This document shows positions 28,567 to 39,146 of a stretch of 64,000 nucleotides of DNA, in pieces; within the stretch, counting starts at the first letter, position 1; every line of letters begins with the position of its first letter. Origin of the DNA: Candidatus Levyibacteriota bacterium (GTDB lineage Bacteria > Patescibacteriota > Microgenomatia > Levybacterales > UBA12049); NCBI GenBank assembly GCA_003152105.1, contig PLZJ01000002.1, positions 405,682-469,681 on the forward strand, in the 5' to 3' direction. A model generated the notes under the pieces. That model did no database searches and was not told where the DNA came from. It saw only the letters and a list, made by a program, of their open reading frames with translations. The position numbers and the translations under genes are program-made.

Positions 28567-30237
28567 ATGCAAACTCAAAAACTTTTGAACATACTTTCTA
28601 AGTCGCCTATCACCAAAAAAACTACAAGCGGAGAAATCGTAAAATTATTACTTAAAAATAGAAATATTACATCTGAGGCTGAGATTGCATCATTTTTACA
28701 TCCAAAACTTGAAAATTTAACCTCATCAAATGTGGGCATTGATAAAAAACAACTGGCAAAAGCCGTAAAAAGAATTAATTTTGCGCTGTCACAAAAAGAA
28801 AATATTGTTGTTTATGGTGATTATGATGTAGATGGGATTACAGGAACTGCAATACTTTGGGAAACCTTATATCGAAAAAGCAAAAATGTTACTCCGTATA
28901 TTCCTCATAGAATTGATGAGGGCTATGGATTGTCTATTAAAGGAATTGACAATTTGCTTTCTGAAAATAAAGAAACAAAACTAATTATTACGGTAGACAA
29001 TGGAATTGTGGCGCAAGATGCAGTTGAATACGCAAACAAAAAAGGAATTGATGTGATAATTACTGATCATCATGTACCAGATACAAATGCATTTATGCTT
29101 CCCAAAGCTCATGCGATAGTTCATACAACAATGATTTGTGGTGCGGGTGTTGCCTATTTATTATCAAAAGAATTTAATGACAACGAAAATCTAAAAGAAC
29201 ATTTAGAATTGGCTGCGCTTGGTACCATCGCAGATCTGGTTCCTTTACAAGGTGCAAATAGGATAATTGTAAAACTAGGATTAAAAGAACTTCAGCACAC
29301 GTCTCGACTTGGCCTACTTGCTTTGTTTAAGGAAGCAGGAATTAAAACAGAATCGATCGGTGTTTATGAAGTAGGACATATGATTGCTCCGAGATTAAAT
29401 GCAATGGGTAGACTTGAAAATGCTATGGATAGTCTGCGTTTACTTTGTACAAACGATCAAAATCGAGCAAACACACTTGCTCAAACCGTTAGTCAGATTA
29501 ATAAAGAAAGACAAGATCTCACAAAAAGTGCTATTGCTCATGCAAAAGCAAAAGTGAGCAATCTGCATATTAGTAAAAAAATACTTATTATTTCCGATCA
29601 AAGTTATCAACAAGGAATAATAGGTCTTGTAGCAGGAAGACTCGTCGAGGAATTTTATCTTCCATCAATAGTTATAGCAATTGGAGAGAAGGAAAGTAAG
29701 GCATCAGCAAGATCAGTAAAAGGATTTGATATTGTTTCGTTTATACGGACTGCGAAAGAATATCTCATTGATGTTGGAGGTCATCCAATGGCAGCGGGAT
29801 TTACCGTTGAGACTGCAAAAATAGGAGATCTTAGTGCATTTCTAGAAAAAAACGCCATTGAAGCCATAACAACTGCTCATACGATCCGTTCATTAACAGT
29901 AGATGCAGAAATACCTTTTTCATTACTTACCAAACAACTTTTTGATGCATTACAACAATTGTCTCCGTTTGGTATGGGTAATCCAGAACCAGTATTTGTT
30001 AGTTATGCTGCTACGGTAGTAGATGTTAAATATGTAGGAACAGAAAGGCAACATATTAAACTACAACTTAAGTCAAATGATTCCGAAGTTATTGAAGCAA
30101 TTGGATTTGGTATGACTGAACTGGCTTCAGATCTTCAAAGAGGCGATTCTGTTTCAATCGTGTTTACGCTTTCTGAAAATACGTGGAATTCTAAAATTTC
30201 TCTTCAACTAAAATTAAAAGACATACAGCTAACTTGA
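28567..30237 (+). CDS. recJ: ssDNA exonuclease RecJ
   Basis: GDYDVDG, TVDNG, TDHH, PRLNA.GR, GGH..AAG. Confidence 0.96.
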   Translation: MQTQKLLNILSKSPITKKTTSGEIVKLLLKNRNITSEAEIASFLHPKLENLTSSNVGIDKKQLAKAVKRINFALSQKENIVVYGDYDVDGITGTAILWETLYRKSKNVTPYIPHRIDEGYGLSIKGIDNLLSENKETKLIITVDNGIVAQDAVEYANKKGIDVIITDHHVPDTNAFMLPKAHAIVHTTMICGAGVAYLLSKEFNDNENLKEHLELAALGTIADLVPLQGANRIIVKLGLKELQHTSRLGLLALFKEAGIKTESIGVYEVGHMIAPRLNAMGRLENAMDSLRLLCTNDQNRANTLAQTVSQINKERQDLTKSAIAHAKAKVSNLHISKKILIISDQSYQQGIIGLVAGRLVEEFYLPSIVIAIGEKESKASARSVKGFDIVSFIRTAKEYLIDVGGHPMAAGFTVETAKIGDLSAFLEKNAIEAITTAHTIRSLTVDAEIPFSLLTKQLFDALQQLSPFGMGNPEPVFVSYAATVVDVKYVGTERQHIKLQLKSNDSEVIEAIGFGMTELASDLQRGDSVSIVFTLSENTWNSKISLQLKLKDIQLT

Positions 30238-30367
30238 TCAAAAACTTTTATTGATTGCGAACATATAATTAATTGCTGTAAAATTTACTTTGAAAAAGTA
30301 TATAATTTTGTGGCGTTATACTTGTCAAGAAGCCTCAGAACGTGTATGATTAGGATCAGATTATACT

Positions 30368-31732
30368 ATGAAAAATAAACGAATATTATCCGATGACACG
30401 CCAAATCATGTTGGGTCTGAAGTTCTAATAAGTGGATGGGTAAGGGCAAGAAGAGATCATGGAAAACTTATTTTTCTAGATGTACGAGATAGAACAGGGT
30501 TATTGCAGGTTGTCGTAAATCCTGCCGTATCAGAAAAATCGCATTCTACTGCTTCAACACTAAGAAGTGAAGATGTTATTTCTGTAATTGGAAACATTAA
30601 TAAGCGACCAGACAAGCTAATAAACACTAAAATGAAAAGTGGAAGTGTTGAACTTGAAGCAACAGAAATTATTGTAGAACAAAAAGCAGAAACCTTGCCT
30701 TTTGATATGGGCGTTGAATCACTTCATTTAGAGTTGCCAACACTTCTTGATTATCGTTCGCTAACCATACGTCATCCTAAAATCGCAGCGATTTTTACCT
30801 TACAAGCAGAAATTGTAGACGCATTTAGGAAAATTGCTGAGGAACTTGGTAGTACGGAAGTATTTGTTCCAACTATCGTAGCTTCTTCAACTGAGGGAGG
30901 CGCTGATGTATTTTCTATAGATTATTATTCTCATAAAGCGTATCTTGCACAAAGCCCGCAACTATATAAACAAATGCTTGTTCCAATGTTTGAACGTGTA
31001 CATACCATTGCACATGCATATCGCGCAGAACCATCTGTAACAACAAGACATCTTTCAGAAGTTACCCAAATTGATATGGAGCTTGGGTTTATGGAATTTG
31101 ATGAGTTATTAGATACATTAGAACACGTTGGTACTAAAATGTTACAGATTGCCTCTGAAAAACATAAGGATATATTGGAAATGTATGGAGTTTCGGCACC
31201 ATTAATTCCAGCGCATATACCTCGCTTAACGCTAAAAGAAACACAAGATATTATCACAAAAAGAACAGGTCGAGATCTTTCCAAAGAACAAGATTTAAAC
31301 CCAGAAGATGAGATTGAAATATGTAAATGGGCAAAAGAAGAACATGCGTCAGATTTTGTAACAATCACTCATTTTCCATTAAAAAAGAAGCCATTTTATA
31401 CACACGTTGATCCAAAAAATAAAGAGCTTTCCCTCTCATATGATCTACTTTTTAGAGGCCGAGAAGTACTATCAGGATCTCAAAGGGTAAATGATTATAA
31501 AGAGCTTGTAAATGCAATCAAAAGTAGAGGAATGAATGTTTCAAATTTCGGAATGTATTTGCAAGCATTTCAATATGGAATGCCAAAAGAAGGTGGATTT
31601 TCTTTTGGTCTCGAGCGTTTGACTATGCAACTGCTAGAACTAGGAAATATTCGAGAAGCTGCAGTATATCCTCGAGATATGGAACGAGTTGATGAACGAT
31701 TCTCTAAAAAAGAAATCAAAAAAAAGTCGTAA
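30368..31732 (+). CDS. aspS: Aspartate--tRNA(Asp/Asn) ligase, short archaeal-type
   Basis: OB anticodon domain, EGGA, LAQSPQLYKQ, YRAE, GLER; no GAD insert. Confidence 0.88.
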   Translation: MKNKRILSDDTPNHVGSEVLISGWVRARRDHGKLIFLDVRDRTGLLQVVVNPAVSEKSHSTASTLRSEDVISVIGNINKRPDKLINTKMKSGSVELEATEIIVEQKAETLPFDMGVESLHLELPTLLDYRSLTIRHPKIAAIFTLQAEIVDAFRKIAEELGSTEVFVPTIVASSTEGGADVFSIDYYSHKAYLAQSPQLYKQMLVPMFERVHTIAHAYRAEPSVTTRHLSEVTQIDMELGFMEFDELLDTLEHVGTKMLQIASEKHKDILEMYGVSAPLIPAHIPRLTLKETQDIITKRTGRDLSKEQDLNPEDEIEICKWAKEEHASDFVTITHFPLKKKPFYTHVDPKNKELSLSYDLLFRGREVLSGSQRVNDYKELVNAIKSRGMNVSNFGMYLQAFQYGMPKEGGFSFGLERLTMQLLELGNIREAAVYPRDMERVDERFSKKEIKKKS

Positions 31733-32645
31733 AAAAATTGCTTATACGGTCTTTTTTATTCTTCTTTTTGGTAATTTAGTATTACTACTTTTTCTTCTTA
31801 TCTTAACTGATAGCGTTGTAACAAAGCATAAACCAGCTATTGCTCTTAAAACTCTTCCTCAAATTTTTCCTTCGCCCGCAGCATACCCTATGTATAAAAA
31901 AATAGCAGTACCTGATATTTCTGCAGAATCTGCAATTGTAGTAGATTCAGATGCCAATATTATTATGTATTATAAAAATGACAACCAGGTTCTTCCGATG
32001 GCTTCTTCTACAAAAATTATGACAGCAATGGTTGCTCTTTCTTACTATAAAAAAAATTCTATTTTAACAGATGAGACATTTCCTGTTGATGGATCAATTG
32101 CAGGCTTAACCCTTGGAGAAAGAATGACGTTTGAGCAAGCGTTGTATGGCTTATTGTTGCCATCTGGAAATGATGTAGCAGTAATGTTAGCGCAAAATTA
32201 TCCAGGTGGTATGAGTGCATTTATTCAACAAATGAATGCCACGGCAAAAAGCTTGCATATGAACAATACTTATTATGAGGATGTGGATGGTCTATCAACA
32301 AACAATGTTACTAGCGCCTTTGACTTATCTATACTTGCAGGTAAAGCGATGGAAGTTCCATTTTTTAAACAGGTGGTTGGGACAAAGTATAAAAAAATAA
32401 GTAATATTACCGGAAACGAAACTCATTCATTAACAAACTTAAATAAGTTATTAGGAAGCCAAGGAGTAAATGGTATCAAGACTGGATTTACTGATGAGGC
32501 AGAAGGTGTATTAGTTACTTCAAAAGTTGAGCGAGGACACACTTTTATAATAGTGGTTTTAAGAAGTCAGGATAGATTTTTGGATACAGAAAAGCTACTT
32601 CAAATGATAAATAATAACGTCACATTTGTGTCGCTTCGTCCGTAA
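31689..32645 (+). CDS. D-Ala-D-Ala carboxypeptidase (S11), membrane-anchored
   Basis: SSTK (SxxK), SGN and KTG motifs. Confidence 0.9.
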   Translation: MMNDSLKKKSKKSRKKIAYTVFFILLFGNLVLLLFLLILTDSVVTKHKPAIALKTLPQIFPSPAAYPMYKKIAVPDISAESAIVVDSDANIIMYYKNDNQVLPMASSTKIMTAMVALSYYKKNSILTDETFPVDGSIAGLTLGERMTFEQALYGLLLPSGNDVAVMLAQNYPGGMSAFIQQMNATAKSLHMNNTYYEDVDGLSTNNVTSAFDLSILAGKAMEVPFFKQVVGTKYKKISNITGNETHSLTNLNKLLGSQGVNGIKTGFTDEAEGVLVTSKVERGHTFIIVVLRSQDRFLDTEKLLQMINNNVTFVSLRP

Positions 32646-33759
32646 TAGCTGATACAAAAGCTACAAAATTATCCTGTCCTAAGAAGACATATACGGGTAG
32701 TAGATATTGTTGTCCTTCTTTATCTACTGATAGATAAGCTAGTTTTACATCAGTGACGACAACCTGATTGTTTGAACCACTATACGAAACTATTGCTGTT
32801 TTGTGTGCTACAGCCTTTATTAGATCAGAATAAGCATCTTGCACAGAACGTAGAGGATATGTTGCCTGCATAGATGAATCAGAACATGATGTATTTGCTA
32901 TATTTACGGGAAAATACTCACTTTGAATGATATTTAACGTTGGCACATCAGCGTCATCAACTTGATTTTCAGCACCAATTATTGCATTAACCGTTGTATT
33001 TGGATAATTGGAATAATATATCGGGCAACTTTTAGATGATCCGTTTGCATCAATATAGCAATTTTGAATAGGATTCTGATTGTAATCAACTCTAATTATT
33101 TGAGGTGTAAACGCATCATTTGTTAATAGCGACAACGTATTATTTTGTAATTGATAATGGGTAATTACTGGATCGGCAACATCAATACTACTTGCAATAG
33201 TGTCATTTAAACCAGAAAGAACATTTGTATAGAACGCTTGGACAATTCCATTTGCATCTGAATCTGCTGGCAAATTGACACCAGAGGCAACAGTTTGATC
33301 TCCTAAAAACGTTGAGTTAAGAAAAAAGTTATGACTTAGCACATTAATTTGCAGTGTTTTTGTCAGCTGCGCATCTTTGGTCCATTCAAATGTATTATTT
33401 GAAATTTCAACTGGTGGAAGAGTAAATCCCATCGCAGTTGCGCTATTTGATGCGTTATCTAAAGCTAAAAGGTCTGGTTGTGGAGTTGCGATTCTTGGGA
33501 CAAAGATTTTAGTAGAGAAATATGGTAGATTTCCTGAAATTGTTTGCAAATGATATGTTAATTTGGCGTATGTTGCGTTTTGTGGTAACTGTGGAAGTGG
33601 TACTTTACCATAACACATTGTTGGTGGTGTTGGAGGAGTCTTGATCGTACTTATGTACGCTTTTATAATAAAGACAATCAGTATTAAAACAGCTACTCCT
33701 ATGCCTCCATATAAAAGTAATTTTTTTGTCTCTTCTGTTGCGTCATGAAGTGTGGGCAT
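32620..33759 (-). CDS. Membrane-anchored hypothetical protein
   Basis: N-terminal TM, PPTPP, C-terminal YLLPVYVF; start at ATG 33759 after TATACT. Confidence 0.7.
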   Translation of the reverse strand: MPTLHDATEETKKLLLYGGIGVAVLILIVFIIKAYISTIKTPPTPPTMCYGKVPLPQLPQNATYAKLTYHLQTISGNLPYFSTKIFVPRIATPQPDLLALDNASNSATAMGFTLPPVEISNNTFEWTKDAQLTKTLQINVLSHNFFLNSTFLGDQTVASGVNLPADSDANGIVQAFYTNVLSGLNDTIASSIDVADPVITHYQLQNNTLSLLTNDAFTPQIIRVDYNQNPIQNCYIDANGSSKSCPIYYSNYPNTTVNAIIGAENQVDDADVPTLNIIQSEYFPVNIANTSCSDSSMQATYPLRSVQDAYSDLIKAVAHKTAIVSYSGSNNQVVVTDVKLAYLSVDKEGQQYLLPVYVFLGQDNFVAFVSAITDEATQM

Positions 33760-33802
33760 ATATTGAGTATAAGTAATAGATAAGTTAAAATGCAATGGAG
33801 GT

Positions 33803-35191
33803 ATGGTTAAAGAACAAAAAATTCGAACTCGTATTGCTCCAAGTCCAACAGGCTATCCACACATTGGCACACTGTATCAGGCACTTTTCAATTTTGCTCC
33901 AGCAAAAAAAGAAAATGGTGCATTTATCGTAAGGATTGAAGATACTGATCGAACACGATTTGTTGAAGGAGCAGAAGAAGTTATTTATTCTATTTTAGAT
34001 TGGAGTGGACTTACTGAAAATGAAAGTCCAAGAAAACTTGGAGCATTTGGTCCTTATAGGCAGTCTGAAAGATTGATGTTGTATAGAAAATATGTTACAG
34101 AACTTCTAGATAAAGGTCATGCGTATTATTCATATTATCCAAAAGCAAACGCAGGTATTAAGAAAGACTATGCAAAAAAAGTTGACACTAGTCAAGAAGT
34201 TGTAACAAATCAAAAACCGCCAATTTCTATTGAAGAAATGATTGAAAGTGGTGAGTGGATTATTCGCATGAAAGTGCCAAAAAATACACAAATAACGTTT
34301 AAAGATGAAATTAGAGGAGATATAACCTTTGCTTCTGAACAAGTTACAGATCAGGTACTGCTTAAGTCTGACGGTTTTCCAACATATCACTTAGCAGTTG
34401 TTGTTGATGATCATCTAATGGGTATAACACATGTAATTCGCGGAGAAGAATGGATTAGTTCAACACCAAAACACATATTGCTGTATAAGTATTTTGAATG
34501 GGATATTCCACTTTTTTATCATACGCCAGATCTTCGAAATAAAGATAAGTCAAAGCTCAGCAAAAGACATGGGCATACCAATGTTAATTGGTACCGGGAA
34601 GAAGGATATGTTCCTGAAGCAATACTAAACTATCTTGCGCTTCTTGGTTGGTCACACCCAAATGAAAAAGAGATATTTGATATAAATGATTTTATTGAGC
34701 ACTTTGATCTAGGGAATATCCGAGCAGTAGGACCTATGTTTGATCTTGTAAAACTAACATGGATGAATCAACAATATTTACAAAATTTTTCCTTGCCAGA
34801 ACTTAAAAAAAGAATTATTTCTTTTTACCCCAAAGCAAAGGAGCTAAAAAACTTAGAAAAACTAATCGAGCTTTCTCAAACTCGCATGGAAACGTTAAAG
34901 GATTTCGAGAAATTGACGAGCCATTTTGTAAAAACGCCAGAAGTTTCGGTTACTGAAAAAGAAAAATTAATTGCAAAAGATTTGGTTGTAAAATTAAATA
35001 GTATTGAAAATTGGGATAGTACGGTTATATTTACTGCAATGAAGGAAGTAATGACTACGCATGGGGTTAAAATGCCAATACTATACCAACTCTTAACCGG
35101 TAGTCCAAAAGGCTTGCCACTTCCCCAGTCTCTAGAGTTGCTTGGGAAAGATGAAAGTATAGCAAGGCTTGATGCCATCTCCACATCATGA
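33803..35191 (+). CDS. gltX: Glutamate--tRNA ligase
   Basis: RIAPSPTG, HIGT, RIEDTD, KLSKR; SD GGAGG. Confidence 0.96.
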   Translation: MVKEQKIRTRIAPSPTGYPHIGTLYQALFNFAPAKKENGAFIVRIEDTDRTRFVEGAEEVIYSILDWSGLTENESPRKLGAFGPYRQSERLMLYRKYVTELLDKGHAYYSYYPKANAGIKKDYAKKVDTSQEVVTNQKPPISIEEMIESGEWIIRMKVPKNTQITFKDEIRGDITFASEQVTDQVLLKSDGFPTYHLAVVVDDHLMGITHVIRGEEWISSTPKHILLYKYFEWDIPLFYHTPDLRNKDKSKLSKRHGHTNVNWYREEGYVPEAILNYLALLGWSHPNEKEIFDINDFIEHFDLGNIRAVGPMFDLVKLTWMNQQYLQNFSLPELKKRIISFYPKAKELKNLEKLIELSQTRMETLKDFEKLTSHFVKTPEVSVTEKEKLIAKDLVVKLNSIENWDSTVIFTAMKEVMTTHGVKMPILYQLLTGSPKGLPLPQSLELLGKDESIARLDAISTS

Positions 35192-35769
35192 AACTTTTGG
35201 CCAAAATTATCTCTTATATCCTCAATCCAATTCCTATTTTTACACTTCTTCCCTACATGTTAGTGTATAAAGCAAGCCGAAATAATATCCATGCGTTAAA
35301 GTGGGCTTTTTTTTCATCAGCATTTCTGCTTATGATTGGACTATTCATATTTTACGAAGTTAGAAAAGGTGTATTTTCTGATTTTGATATTTCAAAACAA
35401 AGCCAAAGAGGGCGACTATTTTTAGTATCAGCTGCAACCGTTTTACTATACTTATTGGCCATTGTGTTTCTAAAAGGACCAATGACCTTGTTTCTTGCGG
35501 TATTTGGAATAATGCTTGGCTTACTTCTTTTTAGTTTGGTAAATAGAAACATAAAAGTTAGCGCACATCTTGGTGTATTTACTGCATTTAGTATCACTAT
35601 AATTTGGCTCTATGGATTCGGATATATCTTTCTCTTATTTTTGATTCCAGTTCTCGCATGGTCACGAATAACACTTAGTCGTCATACACTTAGAGAAACA
35701 ATAGTAGGTACAATTTTAGGTGGAGGAATAGTTTCCTTAATTTACATAATTGCTGAGCTTGTTTACTAG
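35188..35769 (+). CDS. PAP2-like membrane phosphatase
   Basis: KVSAH, WSR....HT; multiple TM helices; next to dgkA. Confidence 0.72.
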   Translation: MKLLAKIISYILNPIPIFTLLPYMLVYKASRNNIHALKWAFFSSAFLLMIGLFIFYEVRKGVFSDFDISKQSQRGRLFLVSAATVLLYLLAIVFLKGPMTLFLAVFGIMLGLLLFSLVNRNIKVSAHLGVFTAFSITIIWLYGFGYIFLLFLIPVLAWSRITLSRHTLRETIVGTILGGGIVSLIYIIAELVY

Positions 35770-35810
35770 AAATATTTGTCTTAACCATGTGAGTATGTTT
35801 TAATTAGATA

Positions 35811-36179
35811 ATGATTAAACACAAAACGTTAATGTTTTCATTTAAATATGCATGCCAAGGGATTATTTATGCATTTCGGAATAATCAAAATCTTCAAATA
35901 CATTCGCTTGCTGGAATTGTAGTAGTACTAATGAGTATTTTGTTTCACGTATCGCCTTTTGAAATGGGAATTTTGGGGGTCATGATTTTACTTGTGATTT
36001 CAACCGAAATGATAAATACAGCAATTGAGCAAATGGTGGACTTAATAACTCAGGAACATAGACAAGAAGCAAAAATTGCAAAAGATGTTGCAGCAGGAAT
36101 GGTTTTACTTACTGCAATTGGATCTGTCATTGTCGGTGTTCTTATATTTCTTCCCCATATAATAGAGCTATTTAGATAG
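35811..36179 (+). CDS. dgkA: Diacylglycerol/undecaprenol kinase
   Basis: E.INTAIE..VD, AKIAKDVAAG. Confidence 0.9.
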   Translation: MIKHKTLMFSFKYACQGIIYAFRNNQNLQIHSLAGIVVVLMSILFHVSPFEMGILGVMILLVISTEMINTAIEQMVDLITQEHRQEAKIAKDVAAGMVLLTAIGSVIVGVLIFLPHIIELFR

Positions 36180-36216
36180 CTTTTTCAGCCTTATTTTAGT
36201 AGAATAGATTCAATAA

Positions 36217-36287
36217 TGTCGGGTCGTCTAACGGTAGGACAACGGACTCTGAATCCGTTTATTATGGTCCGAATCCATACCCGACAG
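36217..36287 (+). tRNA. tRNA-Gln(CUG)
   Basis: Acceptor TGTCGGG/CCCGACA, anticodon arm ACGGA-CTCTGAA-TCCGT, T arm TATGG-TCCGAAT-CCATA; CCA not encoded. Confidence 0.93.
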
Positions 36288-36304
36288 CATATAGACCTAT
36301 AATA

Positions 36305-36333
36305 TTGACATATAGCTTCTTTTTTGGTACACT
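36305..36333 (+). promoter_or_regulatory. Sigma70 promoter
   Basis: TTGACA-17 nt-TACACT with extended TG. Confidence 0.7.
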
Positions 36334-36348
36334 TCCAAGGCTAAAAAA

Positions 36349-38043
36349 GTGCAAGAAACAGTCAGTAACTTAGATACTTCGGGTGCAGGATTAACAGATT
36401 TACTAAATAAATGGGGTTCATATTCTGCAACTGATATTTATAATCAAATTAGTAGTATTTCCAATAATATATCGGATAATAATTCAATTCCTGACGTATC
36501 ACAAATATTAAATCTAACAGAAACAAATGCCACAGATTTACAAAGCTTAAAAAATAGTGCACTTGCCTTGCAAGCATTAACACTTGCAAATAAGTCGCTC
36601 CTTGAAAGCGGAACTGCAAAACCAATTATTCAAACATGGTTAGAGCAGGGTAGCATAATTTTTAAAACATTAATTACAAATCCTTCCACGATTACACAAA
36701 CTGTACCGTTTAAATTTTATCTTCCCAAAGAAGCAACTGAAAGCAATATTATCAAAATAGATAATGGGTTAAATGTGGGATACGATCCAACACAAGATGC
36801 GTATTATGTTCAAGGAAGTGTAGTTTTAAATCCAAATCAATCACACATTTATTCTGTTGAAGTGACGGATATTTGGAAAATACCTTCACAGCAAATTGAA
36901 TCATTACGAAATCAAGCGAATCAATTATTTGCTCCGCTTAAATCTACATCATTTTATGCTCAAGGCGCAACACTTTATTCAGATATCATCGCTTCTCTTG
37001 ATACAGCTACAAATCTTCAAGCACAGGCACAAACCCCAGATGAAAGAATTAAAGCTTATCGTGATGCTTTGGTGTATGTAAATAAATCAAAAAGTGAAAT
37101 AACTGATTTAAAAAATCTTGATTCTTCATCAAGTTCAAATTCGAATTTATTAGGATTTGTAGGTGGAGTTCAAGTTACTGCAGTATGGGGCTTAATCATC
37201 GTTCTTACAGCAGGGTTTATATTCCTTGCTGTTTATATGAGGATTTTAATTACGCAAACTCGAAAAAAAGACATTGATGAAAAGAAAAAAGAGTACCAAG
37301 ACATAGGATTATTGACAAAAATCAGTAAAACATTTACAAATCTGAAATCAAGATTTTCAAAGAAAACATTTGTACTGTTTGGAATAATAACCTGTTTTCT
37401 AATTGCATTATTATTGGCGTGTTTAATTTTATATCCACAATTACATTCTAAAAAGATATTAGTAAGCTCAAAAACTACTATTCCGACAAAAAACAAAATA
37501 AATCCAGTCCCTAAAATAACAAGCTTAAAGCCCGTTAATGAGCTTATAGTTCAAAATAAAACTGCTGACTACGTAAATGTAAGGCAAGGGCCTGGTAAAA
37601 ATTTTCCTATTATCAATACTGCAAAAGTAGGATTACGACTTACGCAAGTAGGTAGTAAAACTGATTTATCAGGTGATCAATGGATTGAAATTAATAGTAA
37701 TGGTCATACCGGCTGGATTCTAGGAAGCTATTTGACCAATGTAACTGATACTAGTTCATTAAATAACAACCAAGAAATAAGTATTAAAACTGAAACTCAA
37801 GTACTTGGGGTTTCAGCTAAGAGCAGTAATCAGGTAATGATTAATGTAGAAAATACTACTGGCGTTAATTTACGAGTAGGTCCTTCAACGCACACGGCAA
37901 TAATAACAAAGATTCTTAAAAATACAATTGTTTACAAAATAAACTCAGTAAGTGGTTGGTCTGAGGTTGAGCTAAATTCAACAACCAACGGAAGTCAAAA
38001 TATTAAGGGGTGGATTTATAATAAATACATTACTAGCTTGTAA
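36349..38043 (+). CDS. Two-TM protein with two C-terminal bacterial SH3 (SH3b) domains
   Basis: VNVRQGPG...W.EI...GWI and VNLRVGPS...GWSEV...GWI; GTG start; no signal peptide. Confidence 0.75.
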   Translation: MQETVSNLDTSGAGLTDLLNKWGSYSATDIYNQISSISNNISDNNSIPDVSQILNLTETNATDLQSLKNSALALQALTLANKSLLESGTAKPIIQTWLEQGSIIFKTLITNPSTITQTVPFKFYLPKEATESNIIKIDNGLNVGYDPTQDAYYVQGSVVLNPNQSHIYSVEVTDIWKIPSQQIESLRNQANQLFAPLKSTSFYAQGATLYSDIIASLDTATNLQAQAQTPDERIKAYRDALVYVNKSKSEITDLKNLDSSSSSNSNLLGFVGGVQVTAVWGLIIVLTAGFIFLAVYMRILITQTRKKDIDEKKKEYQDIGLLTKISKTFTNLKSRFSKKTFVLFGIITCFLIALLLACLILYPQLHSKKILVSSKTTIPTKNKINPVPKITSLKPVNELIVQNKTADYVNVRQGPGKNFPIINTAKVGLRLTQVGSKTDLSGDQWIEINSNGHTGWILGSYLTNVTDTSSLNNNQEISIKTETQVLGVSAKSSNQVMINVENTTGVNLRVGPSTHTAIITKILKNTIVYKINSVSGWSEVELNSTTNGSQNIKGWIYNKYITSL

Positions 38044-38045
38044 AA

Positions 38046-38447
38046 ATGACCACAATACTCATATTGCTAGTATTCTCATTAGCAGCTCCATTGCCTCTTT
38101 TGGTTATTGAGCATTTTTTGCCGTACCCATTTGTTATTGAAGAGTTATTAAAAGTTATATTAATTTATATACTTATCAATCAAGAAAAAAAACTTAAGAA
38201 AAACTTATTTTTATATGTAATCATTTCAGGCTTATTTTTTTCAATATCTGAAAGTATATTTTACTTAATCAATATATTTGCCATTCAAAATTATTTTATT
38301 TTTTTCCAGAGACTCTTATTTACAAGCATATTGCATATCTGCACATTGATAATTATTTATATTTTTTTCAAATGTAATAAATATTGGTGGATATTTGGAT
38401 TTTCATTAGCCATCTTCATTCATTTTTTATATAATTATTTAATATAA
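38046..38447 (+). CDS. PrsW-like intramembrane protease
   Basis: IEE..K, F...E...Y, H, H..YN motifs. Confidence 0.72.
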   Translation: MTTILILLVFSLAAPLPLLVIEHFLPYPFVIEELLKVILIYILINQEKKLKKNLFLYVIISGLFFSISESIFYLINIFAIQNYFIFFQRLLFTSILHICTLIIIYIFFKCNKYWWIFGFSLAIFIHFLYNYLI

Positions 38448-38528
38448 AGTAAGTATTTACATACCTCTGTCATACAATTGACAGCTATATACAGATTCTC
38501 TCATTTCTTTTTTGGTATAATTACATTA

Positions 38529-39101
38529 TTGAAAGACGATAAAACAAGGTGTAGGTGGGCAGAAACAGATCCGTTAAATGGTGCGTATCATGATGAAGAA
38601 TGGGGCGTTCCAGTTCATAATGACAAAAAACTTTTTGAAATGTTGATACTCGAGGGTGCGCAAGCGGGATTATCATGGATAACAATTTTAAAAAAAAGAG
38701 AAAATTATGAAAAAGCGTTTGACTCATTTGATGTTGAGAAAATTGCAAAATATAATATAGACAAAGTAAATTCACTACTTTCCAATAGTGGTATTATCCG
38801 CAATAAGCGCAAAATAAACGCTACCGTTCAAAATGCTAAATCATACATTTTGATACAAAATGAATTTGGGAGTTTTGATCGATATATCTGGCAATTTGTT
38901 AGAAATAAAACAATTAAAAATCATATAAAAGGTATGAGTGGTTATCAAACTAAATCAAATGAATCTGTTGCAATGAGTAAAGATTTACTAAAAAGAGGAT
39001 TTAAGTTTGTTGGTCCTACGATCTGCTATGCATTTATGCAAGCAGTAGGAATGGTCAATGATCATCAAATGCAGTGTTTTCGTTACAATCAAGTTGCTTA
39101 A
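38529..39101 (+). CDS. tag: DNA-3-methyladenine glycosylase I
   Basis: RC.W, YHDEEWG, QAGLSW, FVGPT, NDH...C; TTG start chosen. Confidence 0.94.
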   Translation: MKDDKTRCRWAETDPLNGAYHDEEWGVPVHNDKKLFEMLILEGAQAGLSWITILKKRENYEKAFDSFDVEKIAKYNIDKVNSLLSNSGIIRNKRKINATVQNAKSYILIQNEFGSFDRYIWQFVRNKTIKNHIKGMSGYQTKSNESVAMSKDLLKRGFKFVGPTICYAFMQAVGMVNDHQMQCFRYNQVA

Positions 39102-39146
39102 CATCAATTTCTACTGATAAATGTTTTTTAAGGTATAATAAGTGAC

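Noticed and set aside
25403-31368. Long antisense ORFs (25403-25903, 27209-27631, 30931-31368) and similar short ones elsewhere
   Set aside because: Lie opposite well-supported genes and have no motifs or start signals
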